64,000 bases of DNA. Source: Desulfomicrobium sp. (GTDB taxonomy: Bacteria; Desulfobacterota; Desulfovibrionia; Desulfovibrionales; Desulfomicrobiaceae). Shown here one piece after another: positions 20,567 through 28,735 of this stretch. The position numbers and the translations under genes are program-made. Below the pieces are notes generated by a model, which was not told the origin of the DNA, did not search any database, and was given only the letters and a program-made list of their open reading frames with translations. The stretch spans positions 32,001 to 96,000 of the forward strand of contig JAXGMI010000001.1 in the NCBI GenBank assembly GCA_040768745.1. Direction: 5' to 3'. The stretch's first letter is position 1. Every line of letters starts with the position of its first letter.

Positions 20567-21024
20567 GACGACCTCCTTGGATTGGAGGCGTACTATCTCA
20601 TAGAGCGAAATTATTGGAAGATGGGGTTCGTAGACCGGTTACCCACCACCCGACCGTCACGGGCATGGATATTTTCACACGGCCAGGGCAGGAAAGACAC
20701 TTTTTTTCACCCGGCACCCTTACCAAAACCTTACCACTTTTCGGCCCGCTTGGAGAACCTTACCACCGGCAAGCTGCGGGCGCTGTAGCGGCCCTATATC
20801 GTGCGATATGCGCCCCGTAGGGCCACGAAAAAAGAAAGGCCAAGGTTTATACCCCTGGCCGTCCAACGTGACTTGCGTCCCCCTATCCAAGAAAGGTTCC
20901 AGTAAAAATAAGGAGTTAGATGTAAAATCTAGGTCCTTTTTGTTTGTCTGATCAATTCTACAAGTCGATTTGCCCCACTTCTACCCCACTTTTTAGACGA
21001 CAAGGCCCCCTTTTCATCCTCCTC

Positions 21025-21296
21025 TGGGATAGGGTTTTCTTGGACACCAAATTGGGAGTAGAGAGACTCCCCATGAGGTGATTCATGAGCAAACAATACG
21101 ACAAGGATATTTCAGCCGTCTCTCCGTTGGAGGGAGGCCGTAGACGGCGTGGAGCCGGGGTGACATACAACCGGGAATGGATCATTGGACGCCATGGCTA
21201 CAAGACTCCGGCAGCCGTCCGGGCCATCCAGAAAGAGGCCGTGACCGTAGCGGCTTGATAAACCAAAAACGTGCCCAAAAACCGTAGACCGATACA
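21025..21296 (+). mobile_element. Internally deleted IS3-like element (miniature remnant)
   Basis: A 57-codon ORF (21085-21258) ends in YNREWIIGRHGYKTPAAVR, like an IS3-type integrase C-terminus. Imperfect inverted ends are TAGGGTTTTCTTGGACAC and GTGCCCAAAAACCGTAGACCGATACA. Confidence 0.6.
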
Positions 21297-21411
21297 AAAC
21301 GGCCATGTCATATCCGGCATTGTTTGATGCATGGGTCGACTTGTTGGAAAAGGGACTCACCATGAACCGGAAAAAGACCCTGGCCCCTCCCGCGGGCGCA
21401 CCCCTCCACCG

Positions 21412-22176
21412 ATGCGCAGCGCCATGACCACGCTTCTGGCCACTCTGACTCTTGTCTACGCAGGGCTATGTGCCACCCTCTTCGTCTTCCAGCGGTCGCT
21501 GATCTATTTGCCGCAGACTGGAATGGGCGGCCCGGCTGCCCCGACACTGACTTTGCCTGTACAAGGGGCTGACCTGCGCGTGACCTTCCACGCCCGGCAG
21601 GGCCAAAAGGCCCTGATCTATTTCGGTGGCAACGCCGAGGACGTCTCGCACACCCTGCCGGAACTTTCCGCAGCGTTCCCTGAACACGCGCTCTATCTTC
21701 TCAACTATCGTGGATTCGGAGGAAGCTCCGGCAGGCCAAGCGAAGCGGTCCTGTTCGCCGATGGACTTGCCCTGTTCGACAAGGTCCGAGAGACGCACCG
21801 AAGCATTGCCGTCATGGGGCGCAGCCTGGGCAGCGCGGTCGCGGTGTACGTGGCCAGCCTGCGGTCTGCGGACCACCTCATTCTGGTCACACCGTTTGAC
21901 AGTCTGACAGACGTGGCCGCGCGTCACTACCCTTTCGTTCCGGTCCGCTGGCTGCTGCTCGACAGGTTCGAGTCCTGGAAATTCGCACCCCTGGTCAAAG
22001 CCCCGACTCTGGTAATCGCTGCCGAGCATGACGAAGTGGTGCCCCGCTCCAGCACCAAGGCCCTGGCGGATCGTTTTCAGGGGGGGACAACCACCCTTCT
22101 GACCATCCCCGGCGCAGGCCACAACACGCTTTCGGACTGCCCCGAATACATGGAAATCCTGAAATCCGTGCACTGA
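21412..22176 (+). CDS. Alpha/beta hydrolase (ABHD13/YfhR-like)
   Basis: N-terminal TM, FQRSLIY, YFGGNAE, YRGFGGSSG, GRSLG nucleophile, DEVVP and GHN. Start is uncertain (21412 or 21424). Confidence 0.88.
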   Translation: MRSAMTTLLATLTLVYAGLCATLFVFQRSLIYLPQTGMGGPAAPTLTLPVQGADLRVTFHARQGQKALIYFGGNAEDVSHTLPELSAAFPEHALYLLNYRGFGGSSGRPSEAVLFADGLALFDKVRETHRSIAVMGRSLGSAVAVYVASLRSADHLILVTPFDSLTDVAARHYPFVPVRWLLLDRFESWKFAPLVKAPTLVIAAEHDEVVPRSSTKALADRFQGGTTTLLTIPGAGHNTLSDCPEYMEILKSVH

Positions 22177-22243
22177 TCCCAAGCGCGGATGCAGGGCGAG
22201 ACTGAAGCAGTCCCCCTGAACCCGGGGCAGAGGATCAGAAGCT

Positions 22244-22285
22244 GAGAAAAAAGCCCTTTCCCTGCTGCTGAAGGGAAAAGGCTGG
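22244..22285. terminator. Probable terminator between convergent genes
   Basis: A run followed by the hairpin AGCCCTTTCCCT...AGGGAAAAGGCT. Confidence 0.6.
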
Positions 22286-22289
22286 GTGA

Positions 22290-25200
22290 TCAGGGCGTGG
22301 AACCGATCCCTGCTTTCTGAAAGTTCGGGCCTTCCAGGTGATGCACATAGACCCGGTCGGACATTCCCAATCCCTGGGCCAAGTCTGCAATCTGTGCCTG
22401 ATGGGTGAAGAGGATGATCTGGACGCGACTGGCCATGGCGGCCAGGGCCCGCAGGGTGGCGGCGCTCCTGGCCTCGTCGAAGTTGATGAGGATGTCGTCG
22501 ACGATGAAGGGCATGGGCTCCGCGGTCCGCGCCCGCCAGGCCAGGCTCGCCAGACGCAGGGACAGGTAGAGCTGGTCGCGGGAGCCGGAGCTCATGCCGT
22601 CCACCCGGACCCGCTCGCCGCCTGGCCGCAGGCCCAGGATGACGGGTCTGTCGCTCTCGTCGATGTCGGCCTGCAGTCCGGAGAAGGACGACAGGGTCAG
22701 GTCGCGGAACAGGTCCGAGGCCGTGGACAGCAGCGGCCCCTGATTGGCCGCGCGGTAGCGTTCGATCTCCGCGCGCAGCACGCCGGAGGCGATCTTGAGG
22801 CGGATGTAGCGTCCCGTCAGGCGCGAGACAGCCGCCAGGACCTCCTGCATCTCCTCGGCCACGCGGGCCGCGGCGTCACCGCCGTCCATGCGCGCCAGCT
22901 CGTTCTTCTCCCGTCCGATGGCCTCGGCCAGCTCCTGCAGCCTCGGCTTGACCCGCTCCCGCAGTTCCAGGCGCAGCTCGCCCAGGCGGCCGGGCAGGGC
23001 GTCGGCGTCGTACTCGCGGGCCAATGACTCCAGATCTTCCAGGCTCCCGCCCTCGGCCATGTCAGCCAGGTCGGCCTCGACCTTGTCCACGTCCCCGCGC
23101 AACTGGGACCAGACAGCGAAGCGCCGCTCTGCCTCGGCCATGCCCTCGTCGTCCCCGGCGCGCGCCTCGGCCCGCAGGGCCGCCAGCCCCTCATCGACCA
23201 CGGCCAGCTCTTCGGACAGGGACCGGATTTCCCGTACGGTCTGGGTTTCGTCTTCCTCCAGCCGGGCCCGCACGGTCTGCTCCCGCATCGCCTGGGCCAG
23301 GAGGGCCTTGAGCCGACCCACGGCCAGGGCGGCGTCGAGATCCGCGGCGGACGGGTCCACGAGGCGGCAGACCCCGCGCACGTCGTCCTCGAAGACGCGC
23401 GCATCGCGGTCAATGCCAGCGATGCGCTTGCGCAGCACATCCTCCTCGTCGAGCCTGGCCAGACACTCCTGGACCGTCTCCACGTAGTCGGCGGCCTCCT
23501 CGGGGGATGCGCCGCCGGGCAGGCCCAGGAAGGACATGGCCTCGGCCCAGGACTCCCGCCACTCCTCGGCCTGCCTGCGGGCGGCCGCCGCGGCCACCTC
23601 GGCCTTGTCCACGGCCGAGGAGAGGTCGGACACGGTCCGCGCCAGGGTTTCGCGCCTGACCCGGCCCGCACCCAGCGCCTCGGACACGGCCTCGGCCCGG
23701 CGCAGGGCCGGGGCCAGCTCCTCGCCGGTCCGGTCCGCGGCCTGGCCCAGGGCCTCCAGCTCGCGCAGCAGCAGTTCGCGCAGTTCCGCGCGCCGCGCCT
23801 GGCGCACGGCCAGTTCGGCGCGGACCCGGTCCAATTCCTCGACCTTGCGGCCGAGGTCGTCGAAATTCGCACGCCAGGCCCGCATCTCGCGCGGCCCCAG
23901 GGGCTCGATGCCGCACGGCGCCCACTGTTCCCGCCAGCGGGCCAGGAGGGCCTCACGTTCGGCCAGTTCCGCGGCGATGGCGGCCCGTAGCCCTTCCAGC
24001 ACGGTCCGGGCGGACTCGATGCCGGCCAGGAGCTGGGCGTGCTTCTGGACCCGGTCTGCTTCCCGGTACATGCGGTCGGCCGTCAGGTCGGCTTTGGCCA
24101 CCCACTGTTCGTAGGTTTCGGGCAAGGACCCTTCCTCGGCGTAGAGGCGGCTTTCGGCCGCGATGTCCTCGCCGTCCATCCATTGCCGCCGCAGCAGGCT
24201 CCACCCCTCCTCGCGCCTGGCCCGGCAGTCGGCCAGATCGGCCTCGGACGGGACCACGGCGGCGTGCTCGATGCCTTGCATCTCGCACTCCAGGGACTCC
24301 CGGTTGCGGACGACGCGCTCTTCTTCCTGGCGAAGGCGGCGCAGCTCCTCGTCCCGGCGCTGCAGGGCCGCCTCGAATTCGTTGACGGTCTCGGGCAGGG
24401 GCAGGCGCAGGGACGGCACGACTTCGAGACTCCCCCGCCACAGCCCCAGGCGGTCCAGGGCGGCCAGACAGACGCCGCGCAGCCTCTGGCCGTCGGCCTC
24501 CCGCTGGCGCAGATCCTCGTCCAGGTCCCCGGCCTTGCGCGCGGCCCCGATGGCCTGCGCCAGCGCCGTGCCGTCGGCCTCCCGACCCAGGGAAACCAGC
24601 TCTGCCCGGCGGCTCTCCAGCTCCCGCTGCAGCTCGGCCAGGCGCGTCCCGGCCTGCCGCACGCCCTGGAACACGGCCTCGTGACGCTGGGCCAGTGCCT
24701 GGACTGCCCTGCACTTGGCCAGGCCCGGGCGCAGGGTTTCGGCCCATTCCACGTCCAGTTCCGGCCTGACGCGTCGCAGCAGATGCGCCGCCTCGGTCTT
24801 GTACCCCTTGCGCATGCCGTCGAGGCCGGGGCGGTCCTCAAGGCCTTTGCGGTACGCGCCCAGACGTTGATGCAGGTTCTCGATGTCCTCGACATGGTCG
24901 ATGACTGTCCTGTCGGCGCTCAGCGCGGCCAGGCGCTCCATGGTCTCCCGACACCGCGCCTCGGCCGCGTCCAGCCGCACGCGCAGGGTCCGGCCCTTCT
25001 CTTCCAGGACGCGCCGACGCTGACCGAAATCCTCGGCCAGGGCAAAAACCTCACCCAACTCCTGAAGTTTATCCAGAAGCATCCGATGCCTGCTCAGGAA
25101 GGGCAGGGCCCGCTGCAGCCGCTCCAGGCGGTGCAGGCTGCGACTCAGCTCTTCGCGGCGTGCGGACAGGGCCGCCACTTCCCTTTCGGCCTCGGCCAGG

Positions 25201-25835
25201 GCCTGGCTGTGTCGCTGCCACTCGTGCCCGGCCAGGCTGACGGACCGCAGCTGCGACTGCAGCTCCTTGTAACGAGCCAGGGCTGCCGTCAGGGCTTTTG
25301 TCGAGGCGCGGGGCTTGAACAGGTCGTCGGCCTCGTCCTCCAGCCCCTTGAGCACGGACCGCAGGGAGGCGAACCCGGCCCCTGCGGCGAACAGGGCCTG
25401 CCCCACCTCCCCTTCCTGGTCGAGGATGCCCTGCCCGCCGCGGACCAGGGTCTCGTGGTCGATGCCGTACATGGCCGAGAACACGTCCTGGCTCATGCCG
25501 TGCAGGAAGGGCGCCAGGGCGTCGGTCCCAAGGGGGCCGTCGGCCTCGTCGAAAAGATCGTTCTTGGCCTTCTTGCGCCGGCGGAACGAAAGCGCCAGGC
25601 CGTCGTCGCGGCGCAGACGGCCGCCCACAAGCAGCTGGTCGTAGGCATGCAGGAAATTGTCTCCCGTGCGCGGCGGGAAGCCGAAGAGCAGGGCCTGCAG
25701 GCCGCGCAGGGCGCTCGACTTGCCGGCCTCGTTGGGGCCATGCACGACGTGCAGGCCGGGCAGTGCCGAGTCGAAATGAAGCATCCGGCCGGTGAAGGGA
25801 CCGAAGGCCGAGAGCTCCAGGCATTCAATCCGCAT
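22290..25835 (-). CDS. YhaN-family SMC/Rad50-like ATPase
   Basis: Starts MRIECLELSAFGPF; Walker A GPNEAGKS, long coiled coil, MSSGSRDQLYLSLRLA and PFIVDDILINFDE. Confidence 0.9.
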   Translation of the reverse strand: MRIECLELSAFGPFTGRMLHFDSALPGLHVVHGPNEAGKSSALRGLQALLFGFPPRTGDNFLHAYDQLLVGGRLRRDDGLALSFRRRKKAKNDLFDEADGPLGTDALAPFLHGMSQDVFSAMYGIDHETLVRGGQGILDQEGEVGQALFAAGAGFASLRSVLKGLEDEADDLFKPRASTKALTAALARYKELQSQLRSVSLAGHEWQRHSQALAEAEREVAALSARREELSRSLHRLERLQRALPFLSRHRMLLDKLQELGEVFALAEDFGQRRRVLEEKGRTLRVRLDAAEARCRETMERLAALSADRTVIDHVEDIENLHQRLGAYRKGLEDRPGLDGMRKGYKTEAAHLLRRVRPELDVEWAETLRPGLAKCRAVQALAQRHEAVFQGVRQAGTRLAELQRELESRRAELVSLGREADGTALAQAIGAARKAGDLDEDLRQREADGQRLRGVCLAALDRLGLWRGSLEVVPSLRLPLPETVNEFEAALQRRDEELRRLRQEEERVVRNRESLECEMQGIEHAAVVPSEADLADCRARREEGWSLLRRQWMDGEDIAAESRLYAEEGSLPETYEQWVAKADLTADRMYREADRVQKHAQLLAGIESARTVLEGLRAAIAAELAEREALLARWREQWAPCGIEPLGPREMRAWRANFDDLGRKVEELDRVRAELAVRQARRAELRELLLRELEALGQAADRTGEELAPALRRAEAVSEALGAGRVRRETLARTVSDLSSAVDKAEVAAAAARRQAEEWRESWAEAMSFLGLPGGASPEEAADYVETVQECLARLDEEDVLRKRIAGIDRDARVFEDDVRGVCRLVDPSAADLDAALAVGRLKALLAQAMREQTVRARLEEDETQTVREIRSLSEELAVVDEGLAALRAEARAGDDEGMAEAERRFAVWSQLRGDVDKVEADLADMAEGGSLEDLESLAREYDADALPGRLGELRLELRERVKPRLQELAEAIGREKNELARMDGGDAAARVAEEMQEVLAAVSRLTGRYIRLKIASGVLRAEIERYRAANQGPLLSTASDLFRDLTLSSFSGLQADIDESDRPVILGLRPGGERVRVDGMSSGSRDQLYLSLRLASLAWRARTAEPMPFIVDDILINFDEARSAATLRALAAMASRVQIILFTHQAQIADLAQGLGMSDRVYVHHLEGPNFQKAGIGSTP

Positions 25836-27072
25836 GGCGTCCCTCCTGCAGCCGGGCCATGAGCAGCTCCCGGACTTCGTCGCGCAGCATGGCCATCCCC
25901 TCCTCGTCCGGGTGGAACGGGTCCTCGGCGGCCAGCAGCTCGGCCGGAAGGCGGCCGCGCAGGTTCTCGAACTCCGGCGCCAGACCGAGGAGCGACCCAT
26001 CCAGCTCCAGCCCGGCCACGGCCTGCTCCAGCCCGGCCAGGGGCGAGTCCTCCTCCGGCAGGCTGGCCGCGCTCGGCCGGGTGGCCACCTCCAGCTTTTC
26101 CAGCCACACGTCGCCCAGGTCCGCGGCCAGAGCCCGCAACTCCTCGCGCAGGTGCTCCCGGTCGCGGTGCAGGCCGGTGTGCAGGTCCGTGCGTCCTTCC
26201 AGGATCACCCGCACGGCCAGGGGGCGGCTGTCCGCTTCCCTTCTCTGCCCCTCCATCGCCTCGCGCACACGGCCTCGCACCCCGTCGGGACCCGCGCAGC
26301 CCGTCAGGTCCACACGGCAGACCTCGAAGCGCAGCACGTCGATATCTCTGAATTCCACGTTGCTGACGCGCCCGGAGTCGACGGTAACCACGGCGCAGCC
26401 CTTGGGCCCGGTCTCGCGGATGTGCCGGCCCTGGATGTTTCCGGGGAAGACAATCCACGGGTCCCGGCCGACCACTTCGCGCCGGTGCACATGGCCCAGG
26501 GCCCAGTAGTCGTAACCCTTGGAGGCCAGGCCCTCGGCGGTGCACGGCGCGTAGTTCTCATGGTTCGGCCGCCCCGTCAGACTGGTGTGCAGGAGGCCGA
26601 TGTTGCACATGCCGGGCAGAGCCGGCGGATAGTCCCGGCTCAGATCCTCGGACACGACGCGGCCGCCGAAGCTCTGGCCGTGCACAGCCGCGCCCAGGTC
26701 GTCGAAGGTCACGGTGGCCGCCTTGCTGTGCGGAAAGAGGGTCACGTTGTCCGGCAGGCGCAGGGTGCGGGTCAGCTGGCTGACGGCGTCGTGGTTGCCC
26801 GAGACCATGAGCACCCGGATGCCTGCCTCGCGCAGCCGTCCCATGCGATGGGCGAAATAGAGGCCCGTGTTGTAGTCCTTCCAGTCTCCGTCGAACAGGT
26901 CTCCGGCCAGGAGAACAAAGGCGGCACCCTCCTCCACGGCCAGATCAACGAGGTTGTCGAAGGCGCGCCTGGCGGCGGCCCGGATCTGCTCCACGGGCGC
27001 GTCGGGATAGGCCTCGAGTCCACGGAGTGGACTGTCCAGATGAATGTCCGCAGCATGCAGAAATCGGATCAT
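25825..27072 (-). CDS. YhaO-family Mre11/SbcD-like metallophosphoesterase nuclease
   Basis: HAADIHLD, AGDLFD, GNHD, GLLH, YWALGHVH and PGNIQGR; overlaps the YhaN start. Confidence 0.92.
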   Translation of the reverse strand: MIRFLHAADIHLDSPLRGLEAYPDAPVEQIRAAARRAFDNLVDLAVEEGAAFVLLAGDLFDGDWKDYNTGLYFAHRMGRLREAGIRVLMVSGNHDAVSQLTRTLRLPDNVTLFPHSKAATVTFDDLGAAVHGQSFGGRVVSEDLSRDYPPALPGMCNIGLLHTSLTGRPNHENYAPCTAEGLASKGYDYWALGHVHRREVVGRDPWIVFPGNIQGRHIRETGPKGCAVVTVDSGRVSNVEFRDIDVLRFEVCRVDLTGCAGPDGVRGRVREAMEGQRREADSRPLAVRVILEGRTDLHTGLHRDREHLREELRALAADLGDVWLEKLEVATRPSAASLPEEDSPLAGLEQAVAGLELDGSLLGLAPEFENLRGRLPAELLAAEDPFHPDEEGMAMLRDEVRELLMARLQEGRHAD

Positions 27073-27391
27073 GTGCTGTCCTCGAAAGAATGGCTGATCA
27101 GAAAGGCCGTATTTCCTCGTTGCGAGCTTCAGCACCCCCTCAGGATCACGGCGGCCCTGATGGTTCCACCGTTCCCCGCGGGCAGGCGCAGCCCGGGCCA
27201 GAGGCCACGTTGCCCAATGTCCTCGCCTTCGGCCAAATGCGCAAATCCTCACCCTCATCCTCATTCTGGCCGGCACCGTATCCAGATACCGCTCCATGGG
27301 CATGGCTGCAATGATCTTGATCAGCCCTTCGGCCATGCCAGTTTCGACCGCGCCTGCACTTTCTCAGCAAGAATGCGTTGCCTGCTGCCCG

Positions 27392-27429
27392 GCTGGAGGC
27401 CGTGGGTTCGAGTCCCATCGGCCCCGCCA
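27392..27429 (+). pseudogene. 3' half of a tRNA (Asp-like), probable att-site duplication
   Basis: GCTGGAGGCCGTGGGTTCGAGTCCCATCGGCCCCGCCA contains a T-arm with GTTCGA, an acceptor 3' strand and GCCA. There is no matching 5' half upstream. Confidence 0.8.
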
Positions 27430-27437
27430 TAGAAATC

Positions 27438-27477
27438 AAGGGTTTAAGGTCAAACGGCCTTAAGCCCTTTTTCTTTT
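27438..27477 (+). terminator. Hairpin plus T-tract after the tRNA fragment
   Basis: AAGGGTTTAAGG...CCTTAAGCCCTT followed by TTTCTTTT. Confidence 0.65.
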
Positions 27478-27964
27478 GTTGGTTTTGCTGTGGGTTTGCG
27501 GCCCGCACCTGGCGATCCAGGATGAAGCGATCCGGCAACGGGAGGCTTCTCGCCTGTCCATGCACGGGCGGCCCGTCAGCCCTGGGTTGAATCCTGTGTG
27601 ACAGAAAAAGCACTGGCCGGTGGTCCAATGTTTCTTGGAGCGGAAAGGCAAATCATATTCGTGCGTGAGGTTAAAAAAGTCGACCAAACGTTTCGTCAAA
27701 GGCGGACCCTACCTTTTTGCCTTCTTCGCGGGCATGTCTGACGCTTCGGCAATTCCGGCAGGCAATGGCAATGGAGGCGGTAGGAAGGAGATTCACGTCG
27801 CTCGGAATGGATCATTTCCGAAGGGATCGGGCCTTGGCCCGGTCGCTTTTTTGCGGCTTTTGGGTGATTTGACGGACGTTCCGAGCCGGAGCGCCTTCCT
27901 CGCTTCGAGCTGGCACTGGCAGGGCTTCCCTGCTATGGGGGATGAAAATGGGTGTTGTACCGGA

Positions 27965-28729
27965 ATGATCAAGACGCCAGCCTGGATCGGGACGATTTCC
28001 AGACGCATCGCCGTGGCGGTGTTCATGGCTGTGGCGTTCTGCGGCCCGGCAGCCGTATCGGCCTGGTCCGCCGGGATGGAAGACACCGGGGGGGAGAAGA
28101 TGGCCCGGGGGAGGATGGTCCGGGAGCAGCTCGTCGAACGCTACGGCGTCGACGACCAAGTCGTGCTGGAGGCCATGCGCGCCGTGCCGCGGCACCTCTT
28201 CATCCCGGAGGACGCCCGCCACGCGGCCTACGACGACCGCCCCGTGCCCATCGGGTACGGGCAGACCATCTCCCAGCCCTTCATCGTCGCCTTCATGACG
28301 TCCATGGCCAAGGTCGGCCCCGGTTCGCGGGTGCTGGAGATCGGGGCCGGGAGCGGCTACCAGGCCGCGGTCCTGGCCGAGATCACGGACCAGGTCTTCA
28401 CCGTCGAGATCGTGCCGGAACTGGCCGCCTGGGCCGAAGCGCGGCTGCGGCTAGCCGGGTACAGCTCGGTCCGGGTCCGGCAGGGCGACGGCTACCACGG
28501 CTGGGAGGAGTTCGCACCCTTCGACGCCATCATTGTCACCGCCGCCGCGCCCCACATCCCGCCGCCCCTGATCCGCCAGCTGGCGGACAACGGGCGGATC
28601 GTCATCCCCGTCGGCTCCCCCTTCCGGACCCAGCAGCTCGTACTGGTCGAAAAGCGCGACGGCGAGATCCGCACCAAAAACCTCATGCCCGTCCGCTTCG
28701 TGCCATTCACCGGGGCCTTCGGGGAATAG
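27965..28729 (+). CDS. pcm: Protein-L-isoaspartate O-methyltransferase with N-terminal hydrophobic extension
   Basis: VPRHLF, IGYGQTISQP, VLEIGAGSGYQAA, APFDAIIVTAA and VRFVP. Start is uncertain. Confidence 0.92.
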   Translation: MIKTPAWIGTISRRIAVAVFMAVAFCGPAAVSAWSAGMEDTGGEKMARGRMVREQLVERYGVDDQVVLEAMRAVPRHLFIPEDARHAAYDDRPVPIGYGQTISQPFIVAFMTSMAKVGPGSRVLEIGAGSGYQAAVLAEITDQVFTVEIVPELAAWAEARLRLAGYSSVRVRQGDGYHGWEEFAPFDAIIVTAAAPHIPPPLIRQLADNGRIVIPVGSPFRTQQLVLVEKRDGEIRTKNLMPVRFVPFTGAFGE

Positions 28730-28735
28730 GGTGCC

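Larger units (their letters stand above)
18203..20642 (-). mobile_element. IS66-family insertion sequence
   Basis: tnpA-tnpB-tnpC genes. Ends GTAAGCGCTCAGGCATCCGCATCTTC (18203 and 18229) and reverse-complement GTAACCGGTCTACGAACCCCATCTTC (ending 20642) match at 18/26. No 8-bp target duplication is visible. Confidence 0.92.

Noticed and set aside
27350..27429. Complete tRNA gene
   Set aside because: There is no 5' acceptor strand (GGGGCCG), D-arm or anticodon arm upstream; only the 3' half is present.
24039..27432. Long antisense ORFs (607 aa and 546 aa) and similar shadow ORFs elsewhere
   Set aside because: They are typical stop-poor antisense frames of GC-rich genes, have no motifs, and overlap well-supported CDSs.
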